Origin: Sphaerodactylus townsendi
Taxonomy: Eukaryota
Length of the DNA: 64,000 nt
NCBI RefSeq assembly: GCF_021028975.2
Contig: NC_059425.1
Coordinates: 123,256,001 to 123,320,000 of the forward strand
Direction of reading: 5' to 3'
In this document: positions 1 through 12,599 of the stretch, piece by piece
Layout of the letters: the number at the start of each line of letters is the position of its first letter
Position numbering within the stretch: position 1 is the first letter of the stretch
The notes under the pieces: model-generated
The model's input: the letters and a program-made list of their open reading frames with translations, nothing else
Told to the model about the DNA's origin: nothing
The model's database searches: none
Made by a program: the position numbers and the translations under genes

Positions 1-3000
1 AAATGTAGACACTACTTTTTGAGTTTATTTGGACACTACTTCCTCAACATGATCATTTTAAAGCATTGTCAAAAAGTCAGTATATGGAAACCTGATTCGT
101 TTTATCAGCATGGGTGAGGTTACCATTGAATAATTATGGTTTGAGAGTCTTAAAGCTTATGGCCCAGGTAAAAATGAGAGCTCACCAGGCTGACACCACT
201 TTGATTGTAAAGAAAGGAATATGGTGGACAGAACTGCTTGTGTTAACTATCCACCTGTATGGTTGAAAAAATATTTCAAGTTGCTATGGGCCAGATAAAA
301 TCTTGTAGCAGGCTGGATGTGGCCTGTGGGCCATAGTTTGGAGACCATGGTTTAGGGTGTTTTCACATGGATTGAATACAGTTATACAGAACCTTCAGTG
401 CAGATGCATTGGGAGCTATAGCCTGTCATCCTGTCTCTGTCCAAGGGGCAGCTTTCTGGGCCTGCATGCAGGACTGGACCTTTCATCTCAGTAGTGCACT
501 TAATTTTTCTCAGGCTGCTTTTTCATTTTCAAAATGCCCTGTGGCATATCCGGGAGCGTACCTGCTGCGGGGCTTCCTACCCTGCTTGTAGTTTCATACG
601 ACTGCCCGGCTCTTTCCTTCACTCGAGTCAGGGCCAGTAAGGGAAGCCCAAGCTGGTTCCCCATGAGCCCAGGGCTTTCTCGGGGCTTTCCCATAAGCAC
701 TGAGCTCTTTCGCAGTCTCTTCCAGGCATGGGAGGGCAGTCTCGATTTCCTATGTTTGGATTTGCTGAAACTCACCCCATTCCCCCCACTCACTTTCAGT
801 ACTTTAAAAAATTTTTAAAACAAAGAGAATCACCCCTTTCCCCCTTGCAAACTCCTTGCGTGTTGGGGGGAGGGGGTATTCTCGTGTTTTGGTGGGGTGG
901 GCCAGAGCACTGAGGTGGGAAAAATGACCCTGGTGCTGCTGCCATAGAGTTCTTCACAGCAGGGAAGCCCCTGGAGCAACACAGGGGCATTAAAAAAGAA
1001 CCTCCATTTTGGCAGTTCTGGAAAGCCACAGAGCAAAGCCAATGCTCTGGGGCGGCACTGGGGCAACAGTGTGGCAGACATGCTGCAGCAACAGGGGCAA
1101 TGAAGAACTCTCCAATGCACCGGGGCATTTCCCATGCTAACAGAGGAGCAATTTTGCTGTGAAAAACCAGCCTCAGTGACATAATTGAAAGTGCAGTTCA
1201 TTTCCTTCCATGAATAGATATGAACATATGACCGGAAAGATCTGACGTCCCTATTCTCAGCTCCAATCACTGGATTTAAATATCCTCAGATTTGTCTGAA
1301 TCTCACAGGGAGATTTCCATTTCCCCCTGCACATACACACTCACTTCCTGGCTGCAGCTGGACAGGCTTGCCAAGGATCCTAGGCTCTGCCACCCCAGTG
1401 GAGTAGCCTTTCCCGTTCACTCCTTCCCTCCCCCCTCTCTCAGCAGATCACCTGGACTCCTCCAGGTGGGCACCCCGAGGCCACTGGGATCAGCCTGTCC
1501 TTCTCCCCCACCCTCTCAATGGGAGCCACCACCGGGCCCAACATGGCTCCCAGGCTATGCACTGCTGTCAGCCTAAGTGGGTTCTCTGCACTTGCACAAA
1601 GAACACTTTTTATTGGGGGGATTTAACCCCCATTTAAAAAATGTTTCAGATTCATCTGCTGACCTGGGAGGATTTAGCTATCCCCAGGCATGGGGCACAC
1701 TTCAAAATTAGATATATGGATGAGTCGTGTGTCAAAATTTGTCCAGAAATATTATGCAGCTTGAACCTGAATGAAATTAGATGTATCACAGTACAAAACG
1801 GAAACTATGCAGTGCTCCTCATGTTTAGTTGTCATTTTCTAAGATCTGACAGATATTTGAACTGTTGAGGAATCCAAATAAGTGCAGCATTTTGTTTATC
1901 AGAAACATAAAATGACATAATAATAGAAACCTTTTTGATTTTAAAAATTATTTTCCATATGAAGCATTTGAATTTTATAACCCTAATATATGAAAGATTG
2001 GGGATGATAAACTTCTATCTGGGGGCTGATGCATTGAAGTAGTCCCCATTGCACTTGACTCCATCATTTCAATTCCTCGTCTTTCTTCCTTTCGAAGCGG
2101 TGGAATGTTCTTCCTCCCCATTTTCATAAAACCCAGAAGTTGTGTGCAGGGAGGTAAAACAGTGGCTTACTCTTTTGATACTACTGTTTGAAAGTTCAAA
2201 GAGGCTCAGGATAACTAGTGCGAACCTTTACAACCGCAGCAGAGGAATTCTAGAACAAAGGAAATGGCTTCCTGGCTTTCTTTCCTTTGGCCGTATTAAA
2301 CTATTAACTAACTAACTTCCTGGAAAGCAACTGAAAAAAGCACCAGTCCTATTAACAGCAATGATGAGTTGTGATTGAAATTTGCAGGTATGGATGAGTG
2401 AAACAAGTTGTTTCTCCCTGGTCATCTTCTGATGAGAGCAGATGCGATAGACATTAAAGCAACCTCAGAAATACACATAAAATAAAAACACGAGAATACC
2501 CCCTTCCTGGCAAATTCCTAAGAATTGTGTATTCAGTTTGAGTAGCCACAGCCTTATAGCTACGTTGCCCTGTGCACATATTGGATAAAACACATAGTGG
2601 AGATTAGAAGCAAGCCAGACTGTCCTGTTCCCCTCCCCCAGTGTGCCTGTTTCTTATGTCCATGCTCTAGAGGTCACATTTTCTCACTAACCAGCATGGC
2701 CTATATGCTGTAAAATTAAATGTTTGTTTATACAGTGCACATGCACTTAAGCATACTTCCCAGTTCTCAGATTCAAAAGCAATTAGTGTTATTAGAAGAA
2801 AATGTCAATTAAGAATCTCATGAAAGAATAAAGATATAAAAGCATCACATGGCTTTTTGAGACTTTTCTGAGTGAGGCTGAGGTCTGAGGCTGAGGTCGG
2901 AAGAAGTGGCATGAAGCCCTGTATCAAGACAAGAAAGAGAGGGAGTGTAGGATGCTAGCAGAAGGGGGAAAATCACTTGAGTAGGGCTCTGAATAATCAG

Positions 3001-3955
3001 AGGCTAATGAGTGAGAGAGCTGGGTACAGGGAAATGGGGCTAAATGGGGGTGGCGGGAGGCAGAGACAAAGAGAAATAGAAATAGAAAGAAAGGGCCATA
3101 GATTGCCTCTACCAATGTGTGAACATAATGAAGAGTTACGGTGGCAAAGGAGCCATCTGGAAGGAAGCAGAATCAGTACCATAGTGATGAAGGGATAGCC
3201 TTAGGCAAGACTAAACCCAAAGTGCCAGCAGCGGAGGAGCAGTTCAGGGACAAACTACGCCTAATATGTAGGCTGAAGGGAACCTGGGTATATTTCAAAT
3301 TCATGCTCTTGTCTGCTAATGGTGAGAAACAGATTTCCAGGATAGTTGAGTTATCCTTTGGAGAATAACAATACGGAGAAGATGAAATTTGTTGGGTGGT
3401 TGTGAAACACAGTTATGATAACAATAATCCTCATCATTTTGAGTCACTGTTATCTGCTCTGAGTTGCAAACTGAATGCAAAAACTACCAATGCAACTGAA
3501 TCATTCCCAGTATATGAGAATGGTCAGAAAGCTTCTGATTGGATAATTATTCCAATGGTTTGCTTTCTGGGTCTGATTTCTCAGTCAATGGGAGACAGGA
3601 GAGCTGGGACAGCAGGGAAAGGGAGTGGCTTAGCACAAAGCATATATGCACCTGATGGATCATTCTTGGGATACCTGTCACTAAATAGAATACTCTGAAC
3701 TGGTGTTCTTATAACAAGCACTTCCACTTCCCACTAGTCATTGCACCATGCAAAGGAGAGTTTTAATTGCCATTTGGATGCTGCTGGACATTTGGGAGGG
3801 AAGTTCTTTTGGGTAAAGGGTGCAATCCCTGAGAATTTAGTCCCAGTTATGAGTATGTTGAAAATGTGTGTGGGGCGGAGAGGGTTATGCCTTCAAACGT
3901 GCTTCTAATTAAAGCCAGTGGAACAAACAATTAGATTGATTTCTTAACATGTCTA

Positions 3956-4493
3956 GGACCTTTTCTGCATGGTTTTCCCCTGTCAGTTTTAGCTCCATAC
4001 AACTTTGGTTTATCCTCTGATTTTGCACACTGGGGAAAGGAAAGCTGAGGAAGCCCTGCTGCAAAGGGGCATGGTTGTTTCGGGCTGGGAGTCACATGAC
4101 GGGACCCTGTCACGTAATGGGGAGCCTGGGTGCACCTATATAAGACAGTGCCCAGCTGGCCCTGGCCTCGTTTGAGACCATTGGAGCAAGCGGAGCGCTC
4201 CTCGCTTGCTCTCTGGGCGCCGCTGAGTGATCGAGAGGCCCGTCAGGCCTAGTTGCAGTGGTATGAAAGAGCCCAGTGATGGCCCACAGGGCCTTTGCTG
4301 GCCTGGGGAGGAGGGCACTTGTGGGGGACAAAGAGGTGATACCCAGCCTGAAGGCCTGTATGCATGGCGGTCACGGTTGGTGTTGGGCTGGGGCCTGCAA
4401 GGTGGGGTATGTGCTGGGAGGGCGGAGCCTCCCTTCACATTGCAGCGGACACCAGGGGGCAAGGTCAGGGGCTGGCACGGTGCAGAAAAGGCC
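3956..4493. mobile_element. Non-autonomous DNA transposon (Harbinger-like MITE)
   Basis: Imperfect TIRs ggaccttttctgca / tgcagaaaaggcc around a GC-rich interior with no coding capacity. Confidence 0.45.
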
Positions 4494-5561
4494 TGGATCA
4501 CAAATCATAGATCACTGTTCTAGCATAAGGAAAGCACATCTGATTTCAGAATTGTGACATCAGTAATAAACTGAAGGGTCTAAAAAGATAGTCTGGTATT
4601 TGAAGTTAAATAATGATGTGATGTGGAAGAGAAGGCACAGTTCAAAATGAAGGATGAATTATAAAGAAAGGAAGGTAGGTTAAGAGAGAGAGAATGGTGT
4701 CATGAGGTTGGTATGTTGAACTGTGTCATATACTCTACTATCTGTCTTGCTGTTTCTGCTGTCTTGGTTCTTTGATATGCTAACATACATGAAACTGTAA
4801 GAAAATTCTCTGTGATAATTTAATCCCTTCATTCTTGTCTAACTCTATTCTTCTACCATCATATTATGCTGATATAAAACTGCAGGGTTTCTCATTCTTC
4901 ACAGTGCAATTCCCAACTTTTTTCTGATAAAGTTTTAACTCTGAAAATTGTATCTTTTAATCTAAAATACAGAATGGTGACAATGTAATACGAGTCAGCT
5001 ATGTTATGTGTGAGGGTCCCTATCCTTGTGCTCAAGTTCACAGGATCTAACCCATTGTTGGTCAATCAAAGAAGGGTAGATATTAGTCATACATTTTCTG
5101 TACCCAGTATTTATGAAGCAGATTCAGTGATTACACAATATATATATTTTATTTATTTTTATATATTAGATTTTAAACCGCCCATCCCCGAAGGGCTCTG
5201 GGTGGTGTACAGCAGGCCAGCAACAACATTACACAATAACATTACACATATATCACATGTTATTAAAGCAGTTCATTTATTTACATTTATATTTGCTCAA
5301 AACATAGTCAACTTCTCTTGTTCTCTGAAAATCTCAAAAGATGAGTGGCTCTGTGAAGTGAATTGTCATATTCAGACACAGATTCTGTGTAAGGCTTAAT
5401 TTGGTGTTACCAGTGATATGGTTTCCATCACTCAATTTTTTCCCTTTGCAAATCATGAGCTCAGTTTCCTTTTCCTGTTAATCAGTACTTCTATAGTCTG
5501 AACATTTTATATTACTCTTTTTATTCCTATGATTCTGTCACATGTATCTAGATGGCCTAGG

Positions 5562-5619
5562 CTAGTCTGATCCTGTCAGATCTCAGAAGCTAACCAGGGT
5601 TATATGGATGACCTCCAAG
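5562..5619 (+). mobile_element. 5S rRNA-derived SINE head fragment
   Basis: gatcctgtcagatctcagaagctaaccaggg resembles the 5S internal control region (gatctcgtctgatctcggaagctaagcaggg). Confidence 0.5.
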
Positions 5620-5810
5620 TAGGATTTCCAGCTCTGGGTTGAGAAATGCTTGAAAATTTTGAGGTGAAGACAGAGGAGCATTGGATTGGGGAGGGGAGGG
5701 ACTTCAGTGGGTTATAATTCCATAGAGTCCAGCCATTTTCTCCAGACCAAGTTATCTCTGTTACCTGAAGATCAGCCTAGGAGATCTTTAGCCGGAGGTT
5801 AGCAACCCTA
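5620..5810 (+). mobile_element. Old MITE with TAGGGTTGCCA-type TIRs (hAT-like)
   Basis: Ends tagga..cca / agcaacccta, internal catagagtcc..ccattttctcca motif. Related diverged copies near 34784-35002, 43140-43294 (-), 56475-56670 and 61726-61910. Confidence 0.6.
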
Positions 5811-7726
5811 CCTCCAAAGAATATCACTGTGGGAAAACCCCACTGCAAAGCAAACAGCCGTGGGTAAGAGGTACATGCATAAATATGCTGAGACAGTCTA
5901 ACCAAAGTAGTTTCAGTTGTCTCATTCCTCTGTTTTAGACTGTGTTCCATTTTTCCTATCCCTATTGTACCATTCCAAACAAAGTGTTTATGCCAAGTGA
6001 TTACTAGAAACATGTAAGGAATCAAGTAAGGGCATATAACACTACAATTGTAAGACACATGGCCATCACTAGTAAGTCATGTGCCTGAGGTGAAATTTGT
6101 CCATCCATTTTACCACAGTGTCCTAGCACATAATTTAGTTTATTTCACACATTTAGAAAATCATTTGTCCTCCATTGTTGTACTATATGAAACTTTGAGT
6201 TTATATCTGTATTGGAGAATTTTCAAATAAATCCAGTGTGTTAATTGAACATATCTGATCCCTGAAAACCATATGGTGTTTGTGTACCGTTTCTGCCTTA
6301 AACCCCACACTCATTGCCAGATAGGTATATTGCTGTGACACTGGGGTATCTCCCACCTTTCCCCTTTTGTGTTTGATCTCAGAAATTATCATGCTAGAGG
6401 CTTTCAACTGTAAAACATCAGAATTTTATAAAACTTCTCAGGTGAATAAGATAAGGAAAAGAAATTTGGTGAGAAGGAAAGAACATGTTCTTAATTGTAC
6501 ACCCCAGATGGCATTAGGCTGTTTGACAATATTTCAGTTTTCTACAGATTTCTAAATTCTTTGAAACAAGATATATTTTCTTGTTTTTATACAGTTTTGA
6601 CTCTGACTTACATTCAGAGGTTCATGTGTAATCTATGGTACCCAAAATCTAGAAGGAATTGAGTATTTACACAACTCCCCTTTCCCTTCAAACTTCCCCA
6701 GTTTGTAGGATCACTTCAGTCTTCAGAGCTTTTGAAATAAATCCACATCAGAACTAGAGATGGGAATTCTTCTCCCACACAAAGTTAAAATTCATCTCCT
6801 GGTTAGAGGCTGATCCCTCTTTGACACCATCTTTTTCATTCAGCCAACTCCCTCTGGTTTACATGCACAGTTTAAAAGACAAACTAGCTCTATTTCTGGA
6901 TCTTGCACTAGGAATCCTGCTTTTCCTAGAAATTTGTTCCCCTCTTTGGCTAGAGTAGAGTCCTTTTTTCCAAATACTCTTTCACCACCAATACCAGAGG
7001 TCTAAACACAGGCACTAAATACATCTGAACTCTCTGGTTCCAAAAATTCCCCCCTCCCACTAAATCTGTCAGTAGCTCTGAATTCTAAACTCCACCCACA
7101 CCCAGCATGTCACTCTCATACACAGGCTGTGTGAGGAATTAATCCTCCACAGTCAGGTTTTCTCCTGCCTCTGCATGTTCCTAGCTTTGAAGTAGCATTA
7201 TTCAGAATTGAGTTTATATACTCCATTTTCCTTAGGTCCATCACAATTGCAGATTGTACCAAGGTGGCTCTGTCCATGTGCAGAAATAAACACATTGGTG
7301 TAATAAAACTGGCATTCTAATATGAGGGAATTGATGGCCATTAAATCCCATCTACTGTGTAGGTCACTATGTCATTAGGCAAATGAAACCTGTGCTCCAG
7401 TCCACCAGAAACCTGTTCAACCTACATAGTTCCTTAATGGCTAACCATATACTTTCCCAAATTATGGGGAAAATTTTTCTGAATCAAACCAAGCACTGCA
7501 ATTACAGTCAAGTAGACTCTCATGGCTAACATGTATTATTAATTTATTTCATAGGCAGAGAGATGATGTCCCAGAATTAATATAGGTAATTTCACAAATA
7601 ATTGTTGTTAATGTTGTAGTTTTTAAATGATTTGTTGTTTGATATTTAAGGCTAAATGAAAACAGCAATATAATTTTGAAGCCAACTCTACACTAGCTTT
7701 GATCCTGATTATCTTATTTTGAATAG

Positions 7727-7993
7727 AAACAGTCATACCTGGAGATTACCTGGTTGATCCAGTGACCGCAAAGCACTACAATATAGATCCCACTGATTCT
7801 GCATTCAATTGTATGGGCACCATGTACTCCAAGAGGCAGAACTCTGGAGATGGACGTCATGGAGGTGGTTCCGCAACATCTTGTATTCATCGTTCTGGTC
7901 AGATTGCTTCTGGAGGACCATCAACTATTGGTTTGAGGCATCAATCATCAAGCCCAACCCAAAATGGAACCTACCTGGAAGGAAACAGAAGTG
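7727..7993 (+). CDS. SCML4: SCML4 internal coding exon (linker upstream of the SAM domain)
   Basis: Acceptor ...ttttgaatag|AA at 7726/7727 and donor G|gtaaca at 7993/7994, phase 1-1. Translates as (E)TVIPGDYLVDPVTAKHYNIDPTDSAFN...KRQNSGDGRHGGG...SGGPSTIGLRHQSSSPTQNGTYLEGNRS, matching recalled vertebrate SCML4 motifs (YLV.PV, KRQNSGD, SGGPS, EGNR). Confidence 0.9.
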
Positions 7994-8686
7994 GTAACAT
8001 AATATATTTTATTTCATCTTGATAATGATAAGATTGTGTTAATCCATATCCACCAATTAATATAGCCTCATACTTCTTATGCAGTAAAAGCTTAATTAGG
8101 TTTTAGAGTCGCTTTTTCTTTTTTACATTTTTAATTTAATTTTTTTAATGGTTTAATTTTTAAATTAAATTAAATTAAATTAATTCTTTGGTATTCTATT
8201 TGGCTTCTGTTGGATTGGATCCAATAATTAGTGACACCAATTTTTTACTTCGTACCTGTATTTTTTTCCAAAGCAGCGGATTTTAAAATCATTTTGTATT
8301 TATTCTATTTAATGCCTAATAAAGATTTTGTTGTTGTTGGATTGGGTCCAGTGCCTTCTTTCTGTTAAGTGAAAAATCTTCCTCTTCTGGAACAAGGCTC
8401 TTCACTTTTTAGAAGGGAGTCATTGGTTCCCTCTCAACAAATTTAATGTAGTTGGTGTTGGTCTGTCCAGGATTTACATATATGTTATTCCTTAATTGCC
8501 TGCCTTTCCCATTATGTAAGGGCAGCATGAGATGACAAAAATAGAAGAGCTGTTAAACATATTTTTGAATAGTCCATGGCTAATAGACTGCATGTTAGGT
8601 TTGGTTGGTCACATGTTGTATAGTCCTTTACATTTCAAAGTTACATTTGAAACTAATTTATTATCCCCCAGGAAGGAAAGCAAATT

Positions 8687-8891
8687 ATATGCAAATGCCT
8701 TAACAGTCCAGGTGCTCGGGAGCAACAGCCGCAGAAGGCCATTGCTTTCACATCCTACATGTGAACTCCCAAAGGCACCTGCGAGTGGCAGAGTAGCAGA
8801 GACTAGATGGAGTAGCGAGTAGCAGAGAGCTGGACTAGATGGACTCTGGTCTGATCCAGCTGGCTTGTTCTTATGTTCTTATGTATATATA
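8687..8891 (+). mobile_element. 5'-truncated CR1 LINE 3' end with 25-bp flanking direct repeat
   Basis: Same 3' UTR and ttcttatg tail as the CR1 copy at 60884. Flanked by tatcccccaggaaggaaagcaaatt at 8662-8686 and 8892-8916. Confidence 0.85.
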
Positions 8892-10906
8892 TATCCCCCA
8901 GGAAGGAAAGCAAATTTGATATAAAAGCACAAGCATTTGTAGGCAAATAGAAAAAGTCTTAACTTTTAAATAGTTGTTTGAAAGGTGTTTTTATTTGCAA
9001 AGGATGAAAGAAGCAGATTTTAAATTAATAGATACAGTATTGCTAGACTCTGATAGAATCTAAGATGCATGTATTATTCCAGCTATGTCTATGTTTTGTA
9101 TTGTCTTTTTGAAAACGAAATTATGTAGCTTTCCCCCATCGTTTTGAAAATCCCCCATTTTTCAAATCTATTTTTCCTTAGCTTTTATTTAATGTGCTGG
9201 AGCATTCCCCTAGTATCCTAGCATATGTCTGTTCTGAATCATGTATCTGGGATTACTTCTCAAAAGCATCCCTTTATCCGGCCTTTAGCAATTGAATGCT
9301 ACAAGCATCTTCCTTCATTTCTAATTATTGAAGCATCTCTTATATCTTTTACATTTCAAAGTTATATCTATCCAAATACCGGTAACTAAGTGTCTTAATG
9401 TAAGTCAATAACAACTTCTTCCTAATTCATTAAATGGGCCTGGATCCTATTAAAGTGTCAGTGGTTCAGATTCATGGAAGGGCTTTCCTGTACAGTCCAC
9501 TGCTACCTCCAAATGGCATTTCTGAAGTTGAGGGACTTTGAGAACAATATGGGATGCATCGTGGATGGGGGTTATTCACTTGCAATTTCCTGTTGCTTGT
9601 GTCACTTCATCCTTATAGATTTATATTTTCCAACTAATAGTTGGAAGTGTCTCACACCCACACTAGATGAAATTATTAGTCTTTCAAACAGATCTCCGTT
9701 TTGAGCTGGCCCCTCTTTGTAATAACCCCCTTCTGTTCTGCTTGGTATATAAATAAGACCTGAAGGAGTTAGACTCCTATGCATCTGATGAATCAAGCTC
9801 TTTCTAAAAAGGTTTCTGCTGGAATAAAGTTTGTTAGTATTTTAAATGCCACTGCTTATCTTTCCATTCTGAACTCAGGTAGCACTTGTATGACTGTCTT
9901 TTCTTAAATATGATGAAATTAACTGAGAGGTAACCAAGATGAAATTAATAAAACTCATTTGTATAATGAGTCAGGAACCGGCTCCAACAATAGTGTTCCC
10001 TTTATCTAAATTGCAGCTAATTGGGAAATCCCTTTTTTGCCCTGTATGTAAATTCTGTTGATCTGAGCTGGCAGATATTTGCTGGAAAGCCTCATCACAA
10101 TGTCAGCATTTTGTAGCCAGTTTATGACTTTATGTAATCACAGGTTTGTGATTGTGAACCAAAACTTGACATTTGTGAGATTTCAGCTTTCCTTCCGCAT
10201 CAGTGTAATGAAAAGGATGGTCTGGAAAAGTTAGTACATAGTTTGAGAATGTTGGACAGGAAGATACAGCAAGGAGCAACTGTAAAATTAAGAGGCTGCT
10301 AAGCTTCTAAGTTACAGGAATAAGTGACTATTTATGGCTACTGCTGAATTATGTACAAATACACTATATAAAATAATTTAGCATGCTAAATTATAGTGGT
10401 GGTTGGGGGCATGACAGTCGGAAGGGATGTGGCTGTTTTCCAGGGTTATTTTGGTCTCTCTGTTGAGGTTGCTAACTCCCAGGAGCTTTGGGGTACTGGA
10501 AATTCCAGAAAGTGATGTTGCACAATACCATGACTTCACTTCCAGTCATATACCAGAAGTGACATCATAGCATCACATTCTCTCCTTTTCCGCCCCACCT
10601 GGTGCAATGTGCCCCACCTTCCCTTGGTAGCTCCACCTCTGGGGATCTTTGAGGGAATGCAAAAAAAAAATTCGTCACCCACTGGCACAACAGAAAAAAA
10701 CAGGCAAATCTCCCTGGGGAGAATGCTGCAGAGCTTTGGACCATGAGTGAGAAGGTTGCCACTCACCTAATCTCAGAAGGTGAGGCATCCTAATCGGGGT
10801 CTTCAAAGTTGACTGTGATGGTCAGGCAGGTTCATAAGGGGTTAAGCAGTACTTAAATACAGGCCAATTTCTGGGCCCAATTCAAGGTGCTCGTTGTTAA
10901 CTTTCC

Positions 10907-11365
10907 GTTAACAATGAGCACCTTGAATTGGGCCCAGAAACAAATTTGAAACCAGTGCAGATGGGCCAAGTCTGGAGAGATATGGTTCCAACAACCCACT
11001 CCACTCAACACCTTGGCTGTAGCATCCTGTACCAACCAAAGTTTCCAAACCCTTCTCAAGGGCAGCTGCAGTAACTAATCTAGATGTAACCAGGTCATGC
11101 AGCACAGCAGCCAGATCTTTTCTGCCCAGAAAAAACTACAGTTGGCTAACTAGTCACAGCTGGTAAAAGGCATTGCTTATCCAGCAGTAGACCTAGGTCC
11201 AAGAGCACCTTCAGACTGTGGACTTGTTCCTTCAAAGGGAGTACAACTCTATATAGAACCGGTGACTCCTCAAATTCTGGGTTCAACCTTCTGCCCACAG
11301 TAGCACTTCTGTCTTGTTGGAATTAAGCTTCAATTTATTAGCCTGCCTCCAGACACCAGATCAGA
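10907..11365 (-). mobile_element. L2 LINE fragment (RT C-terminal region)
   Basis: Minus-strand remnants NKLKLNSNKTEVL and LVQDATAKVLSG..HISPDLAHLHW..AQFKVL are typical L2 ORF2 C-terminal motifs. Confidence 0.8.
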
Positions 11366-12188
11366 GTTTCTACAGCTTAAAATGGTATAGCTCTGTTTAG
11401 GATGCAGTTTGAGTTAAATAGTAGACTGATAAAATTTTGCCCTAATCTCAAAAAAGTACCTGATGCTGTTACACCATTCGCATACATTGTTCAAGAACAT
11501 AGAAATAGATTAATTTATCCTCTGAAATGCTTCTTTAGCCTCTGAACATCCCATTTACTTTTTTTTGCTGCTTGCCAAAGCCAGGAAATTGAATTTTACC
11601 TAAATTATGATCTTTAAGTATGATTATTGGTTTCAAACACTCCTCTCTCTTTGTAATGTGAGCATTCTTTATCAACTTGCTTAATTGTGATTATACAATG
11701 CCCTAGAATACCATAGACAAGTGAGAGATGAAATCATTATTAATGTATTTAATCCCTGGTATGATTCATTTCAGATTCATAAATGCAGAATTAATACACA
11801 AGAAGGACTCTTCCCTATACATTTTAAGAAGGACTGAGGAAATTGCAAATTTTGTAGTGGCTTCACTGACTACTAATTAGGTTCTGAACTTCATTCAATA
11901 TGCTAGTTTTAATTTGTAAATTTGGTATGTGTCTGATAGACTTGCTCTCCCCATGAGTTCCACTTCCATGAGTTAAGAGTGGCTGGGAAGGCATAGCCTA
12001 GATATCTGTTTTTCATGATGGATTATCTAATAGCAACCATGGCAAGTGCTTGTTTATTTTGGCTCTGTCATTTTGGCTCTTACGTTTGCAAATCTTAGAG
12101 CATCCCATGTTGTCATTTCTGAATTTTGCTGAAAGTGATATCAGCATGCCAGTACACTGCCAGTATAGACCGCATCCTGCCCCCCAAA

Positions 12189-12260
12189 CAGTGGTGGGAT
12201 TCAGCAGGTTTGCACTACTTTGGCAGAACCAGTTGTTAAATTATTTGAATTCCACCACAG
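12189..12260. mobile_element. Short hAT-type MITE (TIR CAGTGGTGGGATTCA)
   Basis: Ends cagtggtgggattca / tgaattccaccacag. Same family as 48220-48355. Confidence 0.75.
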
Positions 12261-12520
12261 CTTTAAGGCCTTGTACAATCTGGGACCATTGTATTTACAG
12301 GACTCCCTCTCCCAATACTGCCTCTGGGAAGCATTATGCTCTGCTAGAAGTAGGTTCCTGATGGCCCCTGGCCCCAAGAATGTCCAGCTGGCCTCGACCA
12401 GGTCAGGGCTTATTGGTCCTTGGCCCAATCTGGTGGAATTCTCTGTCAGCTAAGACTAGGGCCCTTTGGGACTTAGTTCAGTTCCACAGGGCCTCCAAGA
12501 CAGGGCTGTTCCACCATCCA
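12261..12520 (+). mobile_element. L2 LINE 3' fragment
   Basis: FKALYNLGPLYLQDSL...TR...P.WWNSL motifs, which follow the FKVL motif in L2 ORF2. Confidence 0.75.
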
Positions 12521-12531
12521 TCCATCTGTCA

Positions 12532-12555
12532 TCGTCGTCGTCGTCGTCGTCGTCG

Positions 12556-12598
<43 letters not shown>
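12532..12598. repeat. Compound microsatellite (TCG)8(TCA)14
   Basis: Directly visible. Confidence 0.97.
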
Positions 12599-12599
12599 A

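Noticed and set aside
2920-3320. Possible old L2 fragment (WVYFKFML)
   Set aside because: Only one weak motif, and the orientation cannot be resolved.
4085-4145. E-box (gtcacatgac) plus TATA (ctatataag) as a host promoter
   Set aside because: Lies inside a TIR-bounded repeat with no associated exon.
5562-5619. 5S rRNA gene (also at 23230-23280)
   Set aside because: Partial and diverged. The 23230 copy is fused to a SINE tail, so these are SINE heads rather than functional 5S genes.
9757-9860. Possible second-family Penelope end with CTGATGA (also a decayed PLE near 26750-26900)
   Set aside because: The GAAA box and stems are too degenerate to call a hammerhead, and the boundaries are unclear.
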